Assembly (NCBI GenBank): GCA_041690135.1
Contig: JAWLHY010000008.1
Location: forward strand, 192,001 to 256,000
DNA: 64,000 nucleotides
DNA from: Armatimonadota bacterium
GTDB taxonomy: Bacteria; Armatimonadota; SYMT01
Direction: 5' to 3'
The position numbers and the translations under genes are program-made. Under the pieces are notes generated by a model that was not told where the DNA came from, searched no databases, and saw nothing but the letters and a program-made list of their open reading frames with translations. This document shows positions 56,189 to 64,000 of the stretch, piece after piece. How positions within the stretch are numbered: position 1 is the stretch's first letter; each line of letters starts with the position of its first letter.

Positions 56189-57340
56189 TCAGGGCTGGTG
56201 GACCTTGAGCAACTCCAGCACCTCGTTTGCATGATATACGGCGATATGCCGGCCCTGTGCAGAAGATAGAGCAATCAACACTGGAGCCGGCGACGTGTGA
56301 ATCCAGCGGCGTTCTCCGTGCTTTCCGTAGAGGCGGAAGCGGGGAACGGAAACTTGCTGCTGCGTGTCCAGGCCCACCACCCAATCTCCCGCCCGGTCGA
56401 CGGAGACAAACAGGGGGGCCGTGTAGGCGCCTCCCTTGGTCCACGACGGCTCCACCTGGCCGGAAAAGTAGGCCAGCCGCCGTTCGAACTGCTGCTGGAG
56501 GGCGTGCTCCGACTGATGCTCGTAGGACAGCAGTACGGCGGCGCCCGCAGCCGAGAGGCGGATCCTGGCACCCCGACCCGGGCGGGTCACCGTCCACTTC
56601 CGGCTGCCGTCCGCGCCGAACAGGCTCACCTCAATGGCGCCGGACGGGCGGTGCCCAGCCACTGCAACCAACTTTCCGTCCTCGCTGGCGCAGATGGAGT
56701 AGCCGGTGGTTCCCGGTGGGCCATACTCCCAGAGCACACGGCCGGTACTCTTCACCAGGCGTACGCCATCCGCACTTCGGGAAGCGACGTATAGCGCATC
56801 CCCCGGCCCGAAGTGGAGCTGCGTGACCTCTCCTTCCAGCGGAATGATTCGTCGCCGGATGCCCTCCGTGGTAGGCACGCAGAAGACAATGCTGCGACCA
56901 GCAGCGATGGCGACATAGCGGCCGTCGGGCGAAATGATCGCAGACCGGATGGGGGTATCCAGCTCGAAAGTGGCGAAGCGCCGCCCCCGCGCGTTGAGGA
57001 AGTGCACCTGCCGCTGGAGGTAGTGGTTCGCGGCGTAGGCAATGCTGAGGCTTCCCCCGCGGCTGACCGCAATCCGGTCCGCACCGGGGGCCTGATGGGT
57101 CCAGAGGACCTTTCCGGCTTCATCAAAAGCGCGGATGAGACCGTCGCCGTCCAGGGACAGCATCCGATCGCCGTTGGGGCTAATCGCTATCTCGTAAAGG
57201 TCCGGAAGTCGGTGCCGCCAGACTGTCGCCAGGGGCTCCGCGGGCGTCGGCATCGGGGTTTGAGCACCGGCCCGGCCTCCCCACAGGGCAAGCGCCAGTC
57301 CCGCCGCCGGCAGCAGCGCATATGGCCAACGCACGTTCAC
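56189..57340 (-). CDS. Secreted WD40/PQQ-like beta-propeller protein
   Basis: Signal peptide; repeated xxSPDGxxxA and GxxLW blades; GTGA overlap with pdxT stop. Confidence 0.8.
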   Translation of the reverse strand: MNVRWPYALLPAAGLALALWGGRAGAQTPMPTPAEPLATVWRHRLPDLYEIAISPNGDRMLSLDGDGLIRAFDEAGKVLWTHQAPGADRIAVSRGGSLSIAYAANHYLQRQVHFLNARGRRFATFELDTPIRSAIISPDGRYVAIAAGRSIVFCVPTTEGIRRRIIPLEGEVTQLHFGPGDALYVASRSADGVRLVKSTGRVLWEYGPPGTTGYSICASEDGKLVAVAGHRPSGAIEVSLFGADGSRKWTVTRPGRGARIRLSAAGAAVLLSYEHQSEHALQQQFERRLAYFSGQVEPSWTKGGAYTAPLFVSVDRAGDWVVGLDTQQQVSVPRFRLYGKHGERRWIHTSPAPVLIALSSAQGRHIAVYHANEVLELLKVHQP

Positions 57341-57924
57341 GATTTCCGGGTCATCTCCACGAACAGCCGGTGCACTCGGGAATCATGCGTCAACTCCGGG
57401 TGAAAGGTGGCCCCGAGGAGGCGCCCCTGCCGTACAAGGATCGGACCGGCTTCCGTTTCCGCGAGAACCTCCACCTGCGGCTCGGCATGGGTGATCCGGG
57501 GAGCCCGGATGAAAACGGCTCGCACCGGTTCCTGGCCAATCTCCGGAACCGGCACGTCCACTTCGAAACTGTCCACCTGCCGGCCGAAAGCGTTCCGCCG
57601 GACCGACACGTCCATGCGTCCGATTCGAGGTTGATGACTTCCCTCGATCTCGCGCGCCAGGAGGATGAGACCCGTGCAGGTGCCGAAGACGGGCATCCCT
57701 GCATCGATTCGCTGCCGGAGCGGCTCCATGAGCTCGAAGCGCTCCAGCAGCATACCGACCGTGGTACTTTCGCCGCCGGGAATCACCAGCCCGTCCACCT
57801 GATCCAGAGCTTCCCGCGTTTTCACCGGGAGGGCCTCCGCGCCCGCCTCGCGGAGGGCGCGGAGATGTTCGGGTACGTCGCCCTGGAGGGCCAGAACGCC
57901 GATGGTGGGCGTGGATTTGCTCAT
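57337..57924 (-). CDS. pdxT: PLP synthase glutaminase subunit
   Basis: GVLALQG, PGGESTT, GTCTG, RNAFGRQVDSFE, FHPE. Confidence 0.97.
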   Translation of the reverse strand: MSKSTPTIGVLALQGDVPEHLRALREAGAEALPVKTREALDQVDGLVIPGGESTTVGMLLERFELMEPLRQRIDAGMPVFGTCTGLILLAREIEGSHQPRIGRMDVSVRRNAFGRQVDSFEVDVPVPEIGQEPVRAVFIRAPRITHAEPQVEVLAETEAGPILVRQGRLLGATFHPELTHDSRVHRLFVEMTRKS

Positions 57925-57935
57925 TGGCTCCCGGA

Positions 57936-58871
57936 TTACCAACCGCGCCCAGCCATGAGCTGCTTATCGTCCAGGGTGCGCACATCCAGGCCGGACATCG
58001 GCTCACCCAGGTCGGTGGAGACTTCGGACAGCTTGCGCGGGTCGTCGTAATACGTCACCGCGGCCACGATCGCGGTGGCCCGTCGGAGCGTCAATTCGCG
58101 ACGCAGAACCGGATCAGTCACACTGGCGGCAGCCTTGAAGATGCCGCTGCCGACGAACACCGCTTCGGCACCGAGCTGCATCATCAATGCGGCATCAGCA
58201 GGGGTGGCGCATCCGCCCGCGCTAAAGTTCGGTACCGGCAGTTTCCCGCTCTGCGCGACCTCGACCACAAGATCGTAGGGGGCCTGCAGGTTCTTCGCCT
58301 CGGTCATCAACTCTTCTTCACGCAGGGCCGCCAGCCGACGGATGCCGCGCTGAACCGCGCGCATGTGCCGGACCGCTTCGACCACGTTGCCGGTACCCGC
58401 TTCCCCTTTGGTTCGGATCATGGCGGCGCCTTCGCCGATGCGGCGAAGGGCTTCCCCCAGGTCGCGGCACCCGCAGACGAACGGTGCCCGGAAAAGGTGC
58501 TTGTTGATATGGAACTCCTCGTCGGCCGGCGTCAGGACTTCGCTCTCATCGATGAAGTCCACCCCCAGGGCCTCGAGGATCTGGGCTTCCACGAAATGCC
58601 CGATCCGGGCCTTGGCCATCACCGGGATCTCGTAGTTCTTTTCCCGCAGCGCCTCAATGATCTCGCGGATGATCTTGGGGTCGGTCATCCGGGCGACCCC
58701 TCCCTGGGCGCGAATATCCGAAGGGACGCGCTCCAGGGCCATCACCGCCACGGCGCCGGCCTCGGCGGCGATGAGCGCCTGCTCCGGGTTCGTAACATCC
58801 ATGATCACGCCGCCCTTGAGCATCTCGGCCAGGCCGACCTTTGTTCTCCACGTTGACTTTTCGGTTTCCAT
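57936..58871 (-). CDS. pdxS: PLP synthase lyase subunit
   Basis: [50 protein letters not shown]. Confidence 0.97.
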   Translation of the reverse strand: METEKSTWRTKVGLAEMLKGGVIMDVTNPEQALIAAEAGAVAVMALERVPSDIRAQGGVARMTDPKIIREIIEALREKNYEIPVMAKARIGHFVEAQILEALGVDFIDESEVLTPADEEFHINKHLFRAPFVCGCRDLGEALRRIGEGAAMIRTKGEAGTGNVVEAVRHMRAVQRGIRRLAALREEELMTEAKNLQAPYDLVVEVAQSGKLPVPNFSAGGCATPADAALMMQLGAEAVFVGSGIFKAAASVTDPVLRRELTLRRATAIVAAVTYYDDPRKLSEVSTDLGEPMSGLDVRTLDDKQLMAGRGW

Positions 58872-58874
58872 ATC

Positions 58875-59867
58875 TCACTCCAGCTCGAAGAGCTTGCGAA
58901 ACGCGAACAGCGCCGGGGCTCCCCCGGTGTGCCAAAAGACCACCGTCTCCTGGCTCGCCAATTCGCCCCGGCATGCCAGGCCCCGGGTCCCGGCGAGTGC
59001 CTTTCCTGTATAAACCGGATCTACCAGCAGCCCTTCACACCGGGCGGCGAGTTCAATCGCTTCCATGCCTTCCGGTGTGGGTATTCCGTAGTCCGGCCCC
59101 AACCATTCATCGAAAATCGGGATCTCTTCCGGTGCCGGCTCCCAGGATGTGCCCAGGAGCGCCGCCGCCTGGGAAATGATTCCGGCGCACTTGCGCTGTC
59201 CCGCACCAGTCCGTGGGCTGACACTAATTCCGTAGACACGCGTCTCCGGCATGAACAAGCGGACGCCCAGCAACACCCCGGCCAGCGTTCCGGTGGACCC
59301 GACGGCCACCGTTAGCGCATCGACCCGAAGATCCTGCTCTTGTGCCTGCTGTGCTAACTCTCGTACGGCGCGCACGTAGCCCAGGCACCCGAGCGGGGTG
59401 GATCCGCCCACCGGAATTATATACGGTCTCCGGCCTTGTTCTCGCAGCTCAGACGCGGTGGACTCCATGCGCTCGTTCATCTGCGAGAGCGTCAGACCGG
59501 GGATGAAGCGTACTTCCGCCCCGAAGAGCCGATCCAGCAGCAAATTGCCCTGTTCTTCTGGGGGCCGGCGGTCGCAAAGGAACAGTATGGAACGCATCCC
59601 GAGGCGGCACGCGGCAGCGGCCGTCATACGGGCATGGTTACTCTGAACCCCACCAGTCGTCAGCAACACATCCGCATTCTGATCTCTCGCTTCGGCGAGC
59701 AGATACTCGAGCTTGCGCGCCTTGTTTCCCCCCAGCGCCAAGCCCGTAGAGTCATCCCGCTTGACCCAGAGGTGGGGGAGCCCGATGGCCTCTCCGAGGC
59801 GAGGCGCCGGTTCGAGAACGGTCGGCAGGGCGGCAAGCGGAACCCGGGCGATGCTGTCAAGGTTCAT
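58875..59867 (-). CDS. D-cysteine desulfhydrase-like PLP enzyme (ACC deaminase/DCD family)
   Basis: KRDD, GGNKARKLE, QSNH; DPVYTGK and HTGG rather than the Glu/Leu typical of true ACC deaminases. Confidence 0.9.
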   Translation of the reverse strand: MNLDSIARVPLAALPTVLEPAPRLGEAIGLPHLWVKRDDSTGLALGGNKARKLEYLLAEARDQNADVLLTTGGVQSNHARMTAAAACRLGMRSILFLCDRRPPEEQGNLLLDRLFGAEVRFIPGLTLSQMNERMESTASELREQGRRPYIIPVGGSTPLGCLGYVRAVRELAQQAQEQDLRVDALTVAVGSTGTLAGVLLGVRLFMPETRVYGISVSPRTGAGQRKCAGIISQAAALLGTSWEPAPEEIPIFDEWLGPDYGIPTPEGMEAIELAARCEGLLVDPVYTGKALAGTRGLACRGELASQETVVFWHTGGAPALFAFRKLFELE

Positions 59868-60274
59868 CAGTGATTTGCGTCCAGTGAGCTGATTGGCTAT
59901 CGGAGATCCAGTGTACTCTTCTAACGGTCGCCGGTAAAGGGGGTGGCTGAACCAAGCCTCCGCCCCGTGGTGTTCAGGTTTATACAGATTGGCGCGCTGG
60001 TCCCATTCTGGAAGGCCAGAGGCACCTCGCGGGCGTGCAGTATAGGTACAGGCGAAAAACTTATACAGCTACAGGCCGCCGGTGGGGTGGGGACGATCCG
60101 GTAGTGGTTGGGCTGAGAGCTCGCGGGGACGAGGCGTTGAGAAGAAGGGCGGGGCAGTGGATTCGTGGATGTACCTCCGGCGGAACAGCAGCGAGGTTTG
60201 ACCCAGTCGGAAGTCTGGTATTGAGCCTTAATGGCGGGGCATTCCTCGCTCAACGGAACCCATGGAGGGGATCA

Positions 60275-61270
60275 ATGGTCGAGACTACCGGAATTTACGC
60301 TAAGGCGCGACGCGCGGGCTGGGTGCTTTCCACCGTGGCCGTACTCCCCCTCGCGTTGGTAGGCTGCCAGCCGCGCCAGCCTGTTGCTCCACAAGCCAAC
60401 GCTCCGCAGGAGCGAGTGGCAGGCGAACGCCAGGAGCAGATCGATACGGAAACACTACGGGTCGTGCAGCAGGCCGGTCTGCCAGAGACGTTTGCCTTTG
60501 GTGGACGGACGTGGCGAGCAAACCAGGTGCACTGGATCGAGGATGAGCCCGGGGAAGCCGCGGATATCGGAGGGGCAGCGGAACAGCCGGGAACGGGTCC
60601 GCTCGGGATTGGCACCTACCGGCCGGTAGGCAACCTCATGGTGAACAATCACCAGGTCTACCGTCAGAGCGGCACGGACGAAGCGGTGACCGATAACATC
60701 TTCCTACGTGCCGAAAACGCAACTCCCCCAGCCGGACAGCAGGTGACGACTCCCGAGGCGGGCAATGCTCCCGCAGCGGGTGAGACTCCTACCACTGGCG
60801 AGGCAGGCGAGACAGGCCAGACCGGGGAGACCGGGGAGACCGCCGCAACCCAGCGCGTTGCCTTCGTTGAATACGATGCGGGCGAGAACCTGGTGGAGAA
60901 CATGGAACTGCCCAACATCTTGCAGGCGACGGGCCTTCCGGAAACGGTGCAGTATGGTGGGAAGACCTGGCGGGCTCAGGAGATCCAGGTCTATGACGCC
61001 GATGTCTTCGACGAAGCCAAGCAGGCGCCGCAGCCGATCGGCGGTCAGTCTGCCTTCATCGGCGAGGACCAGGAGATGCTCCTACTCCAGGCGGAGTTGG
61101 ACCCGAGCCAGATGACCGGGGCCACCGGCACCGGCACGCCTGGCACCACCGAAGAAAGCCCGGCAGCCGAAGGGAATGCTCCGGCGGCCGAAGGGAACGC
61201 TCCGGGAACCACGGGTACCGAATCGCAAATGCTCGCGGGCCCCATCTTTGTCCGCTATCAAGCCGAGTAG
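60275..61270 (+). CDS. Lipoprotein with two internal homologous domains
   Basis: GGAGGGG SD; lipobox LALVGC; GLPETFAFGGRTWRA vs GLPETVQYGGKTWRA. Confidence 0.8.
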   Translation: MVETTGIYAKARRAGWVLSTVAVLPLALVGCQPRQPVAPQANAPQERVAGERQEQIDTETLRVVQQAGLPETFAFGGRTWRANQVHWIEDEPGEAADIGGAAEQPGTGPLGIGTYRPVGNLMVNNHQVYRQSGTDEAVTDNIFLRAENATPPAGQQVTTPEAGNAPAAGETPTTGEAGETGQTGETGETAATQRVAFVEYDAGENLVENMELPNILQATGLPETVQYGGKTWRAQEIQVYDADVFDEAKQAPQPIGGQSAFIGEDQEMLLLQAELDPSQMTGATGTGTPGTTEESPAAEGNAPAAEGNAPGTTGTESQMLAGPIFVRYQAE

Positions 61271-61304
61271 CTGGGGTTTACTCGAACCGCGAACGAGCGG
61301 GTAC

Positions 61305-61332
61305 GGAGGCTCGGCCGGTGGGCCGGGCCTCC
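61305..61332 (+). terminator. GC-rich hairpin after lipoprotein gene (no U-tract)
   Basis: GGAGGCTCGGCC-GGTG-GGCCGGGCCTCC. Confidence 0.45.
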
Positions 61333-61386
61333 TGCCCTGGTGTGGCAAGAGGAGGAATATTCGAGCCGGGTGCCTGAGAAACCGGT

Positions 61387-62610
61387 ATGAACACCGCACT
61401 GCGCTGTCGCCGGTTTCTTTATGTCACCCATGCGGGCATCGTCCTACTCTGCTTCTCCGGTTCCGGCGCCGGGACAGCGGATCCGGGCGAACCTCAATCT
61501 CCCGCTCGGGTGAACGAGCGGCGGGCTTCCACCCAAGACCCGCACTACCAGCGGACGCTCGCGCTCTATCGGAGCGAACTGTCGGCGGAAGCGGTGACCC
61601 GGTTTATCGAGAGCGATCCCACTCCTGTTCTTCACCTGCGCCAGAGTCGAGAGCTACGCAACCTGGTGCGGGTCTTCGCCTCGCTTCCCGACAAATACCA
61701 CGAAGAACTCCGGCAAAAGGGGCACTTGAAGTGGGCGTTGAAAGCGCTTCCGCGCCAGCAACGACGTTGGGTCTCGGACCTCCTGGAGAGGTTCGAAGCC
61801 GAAGGCGAGGGCCCTTTCCGTTCCGAGGTTCACACGGGTTTCGTGAAGGTGACCGTCCCGGATCCGGAGGGGGGTGAGACAATCGTCTACAGTTGGTGGG
61901 CCTCCGGCGAGAAAGCCATCCGACCCCTCTGGATTCCCCTGGTGCGCGCGGGTGAGTTAGGTGGTGCTGCGTTTGCTCGGGCGCATCAGGAGCGTCTGAG
62001 CACCCTTCGCGAAGCCGAACTGGATGGTGCAGTACCGGAGCGCCTGTGGCTCAACGTGCCGGAGCCCGCTCGCCTGGACTCAGCGGTGGTGGCAGAAGAG
62101 AAGGCGCAATCGGTCCTGGAACAGGAGTTCTGGACTCTGGTAAATGCCTACCAGGGACGCCTGAAGCGGGAACAACTCCAGAAGTTGGTAACGGGCGATG
62201 CGGTGCTCGAGCGCCGCTTGCGAAAGCCGGACTCCGTCGACCGGGCTATCAATCAGTTTTTTAGCGGCCTCGACAAGAAGGTGCATACGGCCCTGGTCGA
62301 GACCGGCCGGGTTCAGTGGCCGGCGCAAGACCTGACGTCCGCACAGAAGCGACTCCTGGGGCCCGTGGTCGACGACCTGAACCGTCAGGCGGCGGGGACC
62401 GGCGATACCCCGCCGTACAACCTGTCGCTACCGTTTGGTTGCGTGGTGGGACTGACGCTGGTACAGGTGCCCGGCGTAGAAAAGCCGGTTCTGAGCTGGT
62501 GGATCCGCTCGCCTTTCGCCCCGGTGCCGGCGTGGTTCAGTCTCAATAACGCCGCGGCGGTCCAGGCGACGGGTTATTACCAGGCACACCTGGTTCAGTT
62601 GTCCCAATGA
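61387..62610 (+). CDS. Hypothetical exported protein with internal two-fold duplication
   Basis: 407-aa ORF, hydrophobic N-terminus; paired YSWW/LSWW and H..L...G...W motifs about 190 aa apart. Confidence 0.75.
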   Translation: MNTALRCRRFLYVTHAGIVLLCFSGSGAGTADPGEPQSPARVNERRASTQDPHYQRTLALYRSELSAEAVTRFIESDPTPVLHLRQSRELRNLVRVFASLPDKYHEELRQKGHLKWALKALPRQQRRWVSDLLERFEAEGEGPFRSEVHTGFVKVTVPDPEGGETIVYSWWASGEKAIRPLWIPLVRAGELGGAAFARAHQERLSTLREAELDGAVPERLWLNVPEPARLDSAVVAEEKAQSVLEQEFWTLVNAYQGRLKREQLQKLVTGDAVLERRLRKPDSVDRAINQFFSGLDKKVHTALVETGRVQWPAQDLTSAQKRLLGPVVDDLNRQAAGTGDTPPYNLSLPFGCVVGLTLVQVPGVEKPVLSWWIRSPFAPVPAWFSLNNAAAVQATGYYQAHLVQLSQ

Positions 62611-62665
62611 ACGGGTGCTGGCGCTCGCACGTTCGGCGTTCGGCCTGGATAACTTCCCCCACTCC

Positions 62666-64000
62666 TTAGCTGGAGGTGGCGTCTCCGGGGCCCGCAATCT
62701 GGCGCCGGAGGTCGCGTACGGCCGTTTCGAGCGCCGGATCGTTCTTCATCTCCTTCTCCAGCTTTTCACAGGCATAGAGCACCGTGGAGTGCGCCTTGCC
62801 GCCAAACGCTTCTCCAATCTCCATCAAAGATTTTCGTGTCAGTTCCCGCATCAGGTACATGGCGACCTGGCGCGCCAGGCAGGTGACGCGATCCCGGCGG
62901 GTACTGGTCAATACCTCGGCGCTGATCTTGAAGTAATCGCAAACGGCTTTCTGGATCGCCAGTAGGCTGATCGCCGTCAGCCGCCCATCCTGCACGAAGG
63001 CTCCTATGGCACGACCCGCGAGGTCTGGGGTCATCGCGCAATCACTGAGCGATGCCAGGGCCAACATCCGGATCAAGGCGGCCTCGAGCACGCGCACGTT
63101 CTGCGTCACCGAACGCGCGATCTGATAGAGCACATCCGGAGGTACCTGCGCGCCCTCCAGCTCTGCCCGCTTTTCCAGGATGGCAACCCGGGTCTCCAGT
63201 TCCGGCGGGCCGATTTCCACCATGAGACCCGATTCCAGGCGGGTCCGCAGGCGGTCTTCCATCAGCCGGAGCTCGCGCGGCGGACGATCGGAGGCCAGCA
63301 CGATCTGCCGGTTCGTCAGATAGAGCTCGTTGAAGGTGTGGAAGAACTCTTCCTTGGTGCTGGTCTTGTCGGCGATGAACTGGATATCATCCACCAGCCA
63401 GATGTCGATGCTCCGGTAAGCCCGGCGGAATTCCTCTTCGCGGTGCTCGCGGAGGCTGGTGATGAAGTGCGAGGTGAATGTCTCGCCAGAGACATAGGCG
63501 ACTCGGATATTTGGGTCACGCTGACGGATAGCGTGCCCGATCGCCTGCAACAGGTGGGTCTTCCCGAGGCCCACGCCGCCGTAGATGAAGAGGGGATTGT
63601 ACTCGCGGCCGGGCTGGTCACCCACGGCGGAAGCCGCGGCGTAAGCGAAGCGATTGGACTGCCCGACAACGAAGTTATCGAACGTGTACTTCTCGTTGAG
63701 GGGAATCGGCGCAAAGAGGGCAGACGGTGCCGGCCGGGCTGGAGGGGCCGGCTTACCGGAGGGTCGCTCGGTGCGCGGCGGCCGCGCAGCAGCCCCACGC
63801 CGCGTTTCCACTACCACCCGGACCGGCTCTCCGCGCACTTCGGCGATCGCCTCGGCCAGGGTTCGCGAGTATTTCTTTTCGATCCACGTGCGCGCCGTTG
63901 CGTTCGGTGCGGCCACCGTGAGCGTGCCGTCTTTGACCGAAGTGGCCACCGCATCCCGCAGCCAGCTCTCCACCGCTTCCCGACCGATGCGGGTTTGGCA
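62666..64000 (-). CDS. dnaA: Chromosomal replication initiator DnaA, 5'-truncated by window edge
   Basis: YTFDNFVVGQSN, YNPLFIYGGVGLGKTHLL, DDIQF, QEE-like KEEFFHTFN, ARQVAMYL; frame open to window end. Confidence 0.95.
   Translation of the reverse strand, partial: CQTRIGREAVESWLRDAVATSVKDGTLTVAAPNATARTWIEKKYSRTLAEAIAEVRGEPVRVVVETRRGAAARPPRTERPSGKPAPPARPAPSALFAPIPLNEKYTFDNFVVGQSNRFAYAAASAVGDQPGREYNPLFIYGGVGLGKTHLLQAIGHAIRQRDPNIRVAYVSGETFTSHFITSLREHREEEFRRAYRSIDIWLVDDIQFIADKTSTKEEFFHTFNELYLTNRQIVLASDRPPRELRLMEDRLRTRLESGLMVEIGPPELETRVAILEKRAELEGAQVPPDVLYQIARSVTQNVRVLEAALIRMLALASLSDCAMTPDLAGRAIGAFVQDGRLTAISLLAIQKAVCDYFKISAEVLTSTRRDRVTCLARQVAMYLMRELTRKSLMEIGEAFGGKAHSTVLYACEKLEKEMKNDPALETAVRDLRRQIAGPGDATSS

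Noticed and set aside
58875-59867. ACC deaminase (acdS)
   Set aside because: Has DPVYTGK and HTGG instead of the diagnostic Glu and Leu residues
59980-60068. LexA or DnaA sites (TTATACAG x2)
   Set aside because: Direct half-site-like 8-mers only, with no palindromic partner and no match to TTATNCACA
62611-62665. oriC downstream of dnaA
   Set aside because: Only 55 bp, not AT-rich, with a single 2-mismatch DnaA box

Overview
High-GC (roughly 65% by eye) bacterial chromosomal segment with no phage, IS transposase, CRISPR, tRNA or rRNA recognisable. Planctomycete-type DUF1501/PSD1 genes co-occur with a metK-priA-def-fmt block, pdxST and mqnA. This suggests an Armatimonadota-like or other Terrabacteria soil organism (inference only). 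Bases 1-40 kb are accessory or metabolic: a SNF2-SWIM pair, transglutaminase-like, PhyH, esterase, a small Cys-rich metallothionein-like protein, PurM, YbaK, three DUF1501 genes, a PSD1 cytochrome-c protein separated from its DUF1501 partner by an antisense Uma2 gene, MarR with an ABA4-fusion membrane protein, a Tat aldo/keto reductase, an SNF transporter and a xanthine-dehydrogenase-family operon. Bases 40-64 kb are mostly housekeeping (RluA-family synthase, aminopeptidase, mqnA, YfhO/GtrA, fmt, def, priA, metK, pdxST, 5'-truncated dnaA). The most interesting signals are non-coding. They are (i) a stand-alone ~170-nt rod-shaped candidate RNA with its own -10 box and terminator, bracketed by repeats (41890-42061); (ii) a ~265-nt four-hairpin metK leader lacking known SAM riboswitch motifs; and (iii) several short repeat or REP-like families that fill operon spacers, nest inside each other and have entered coding sequences in frame. 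All assignments are by eye, and no database searches or folding programs were run.
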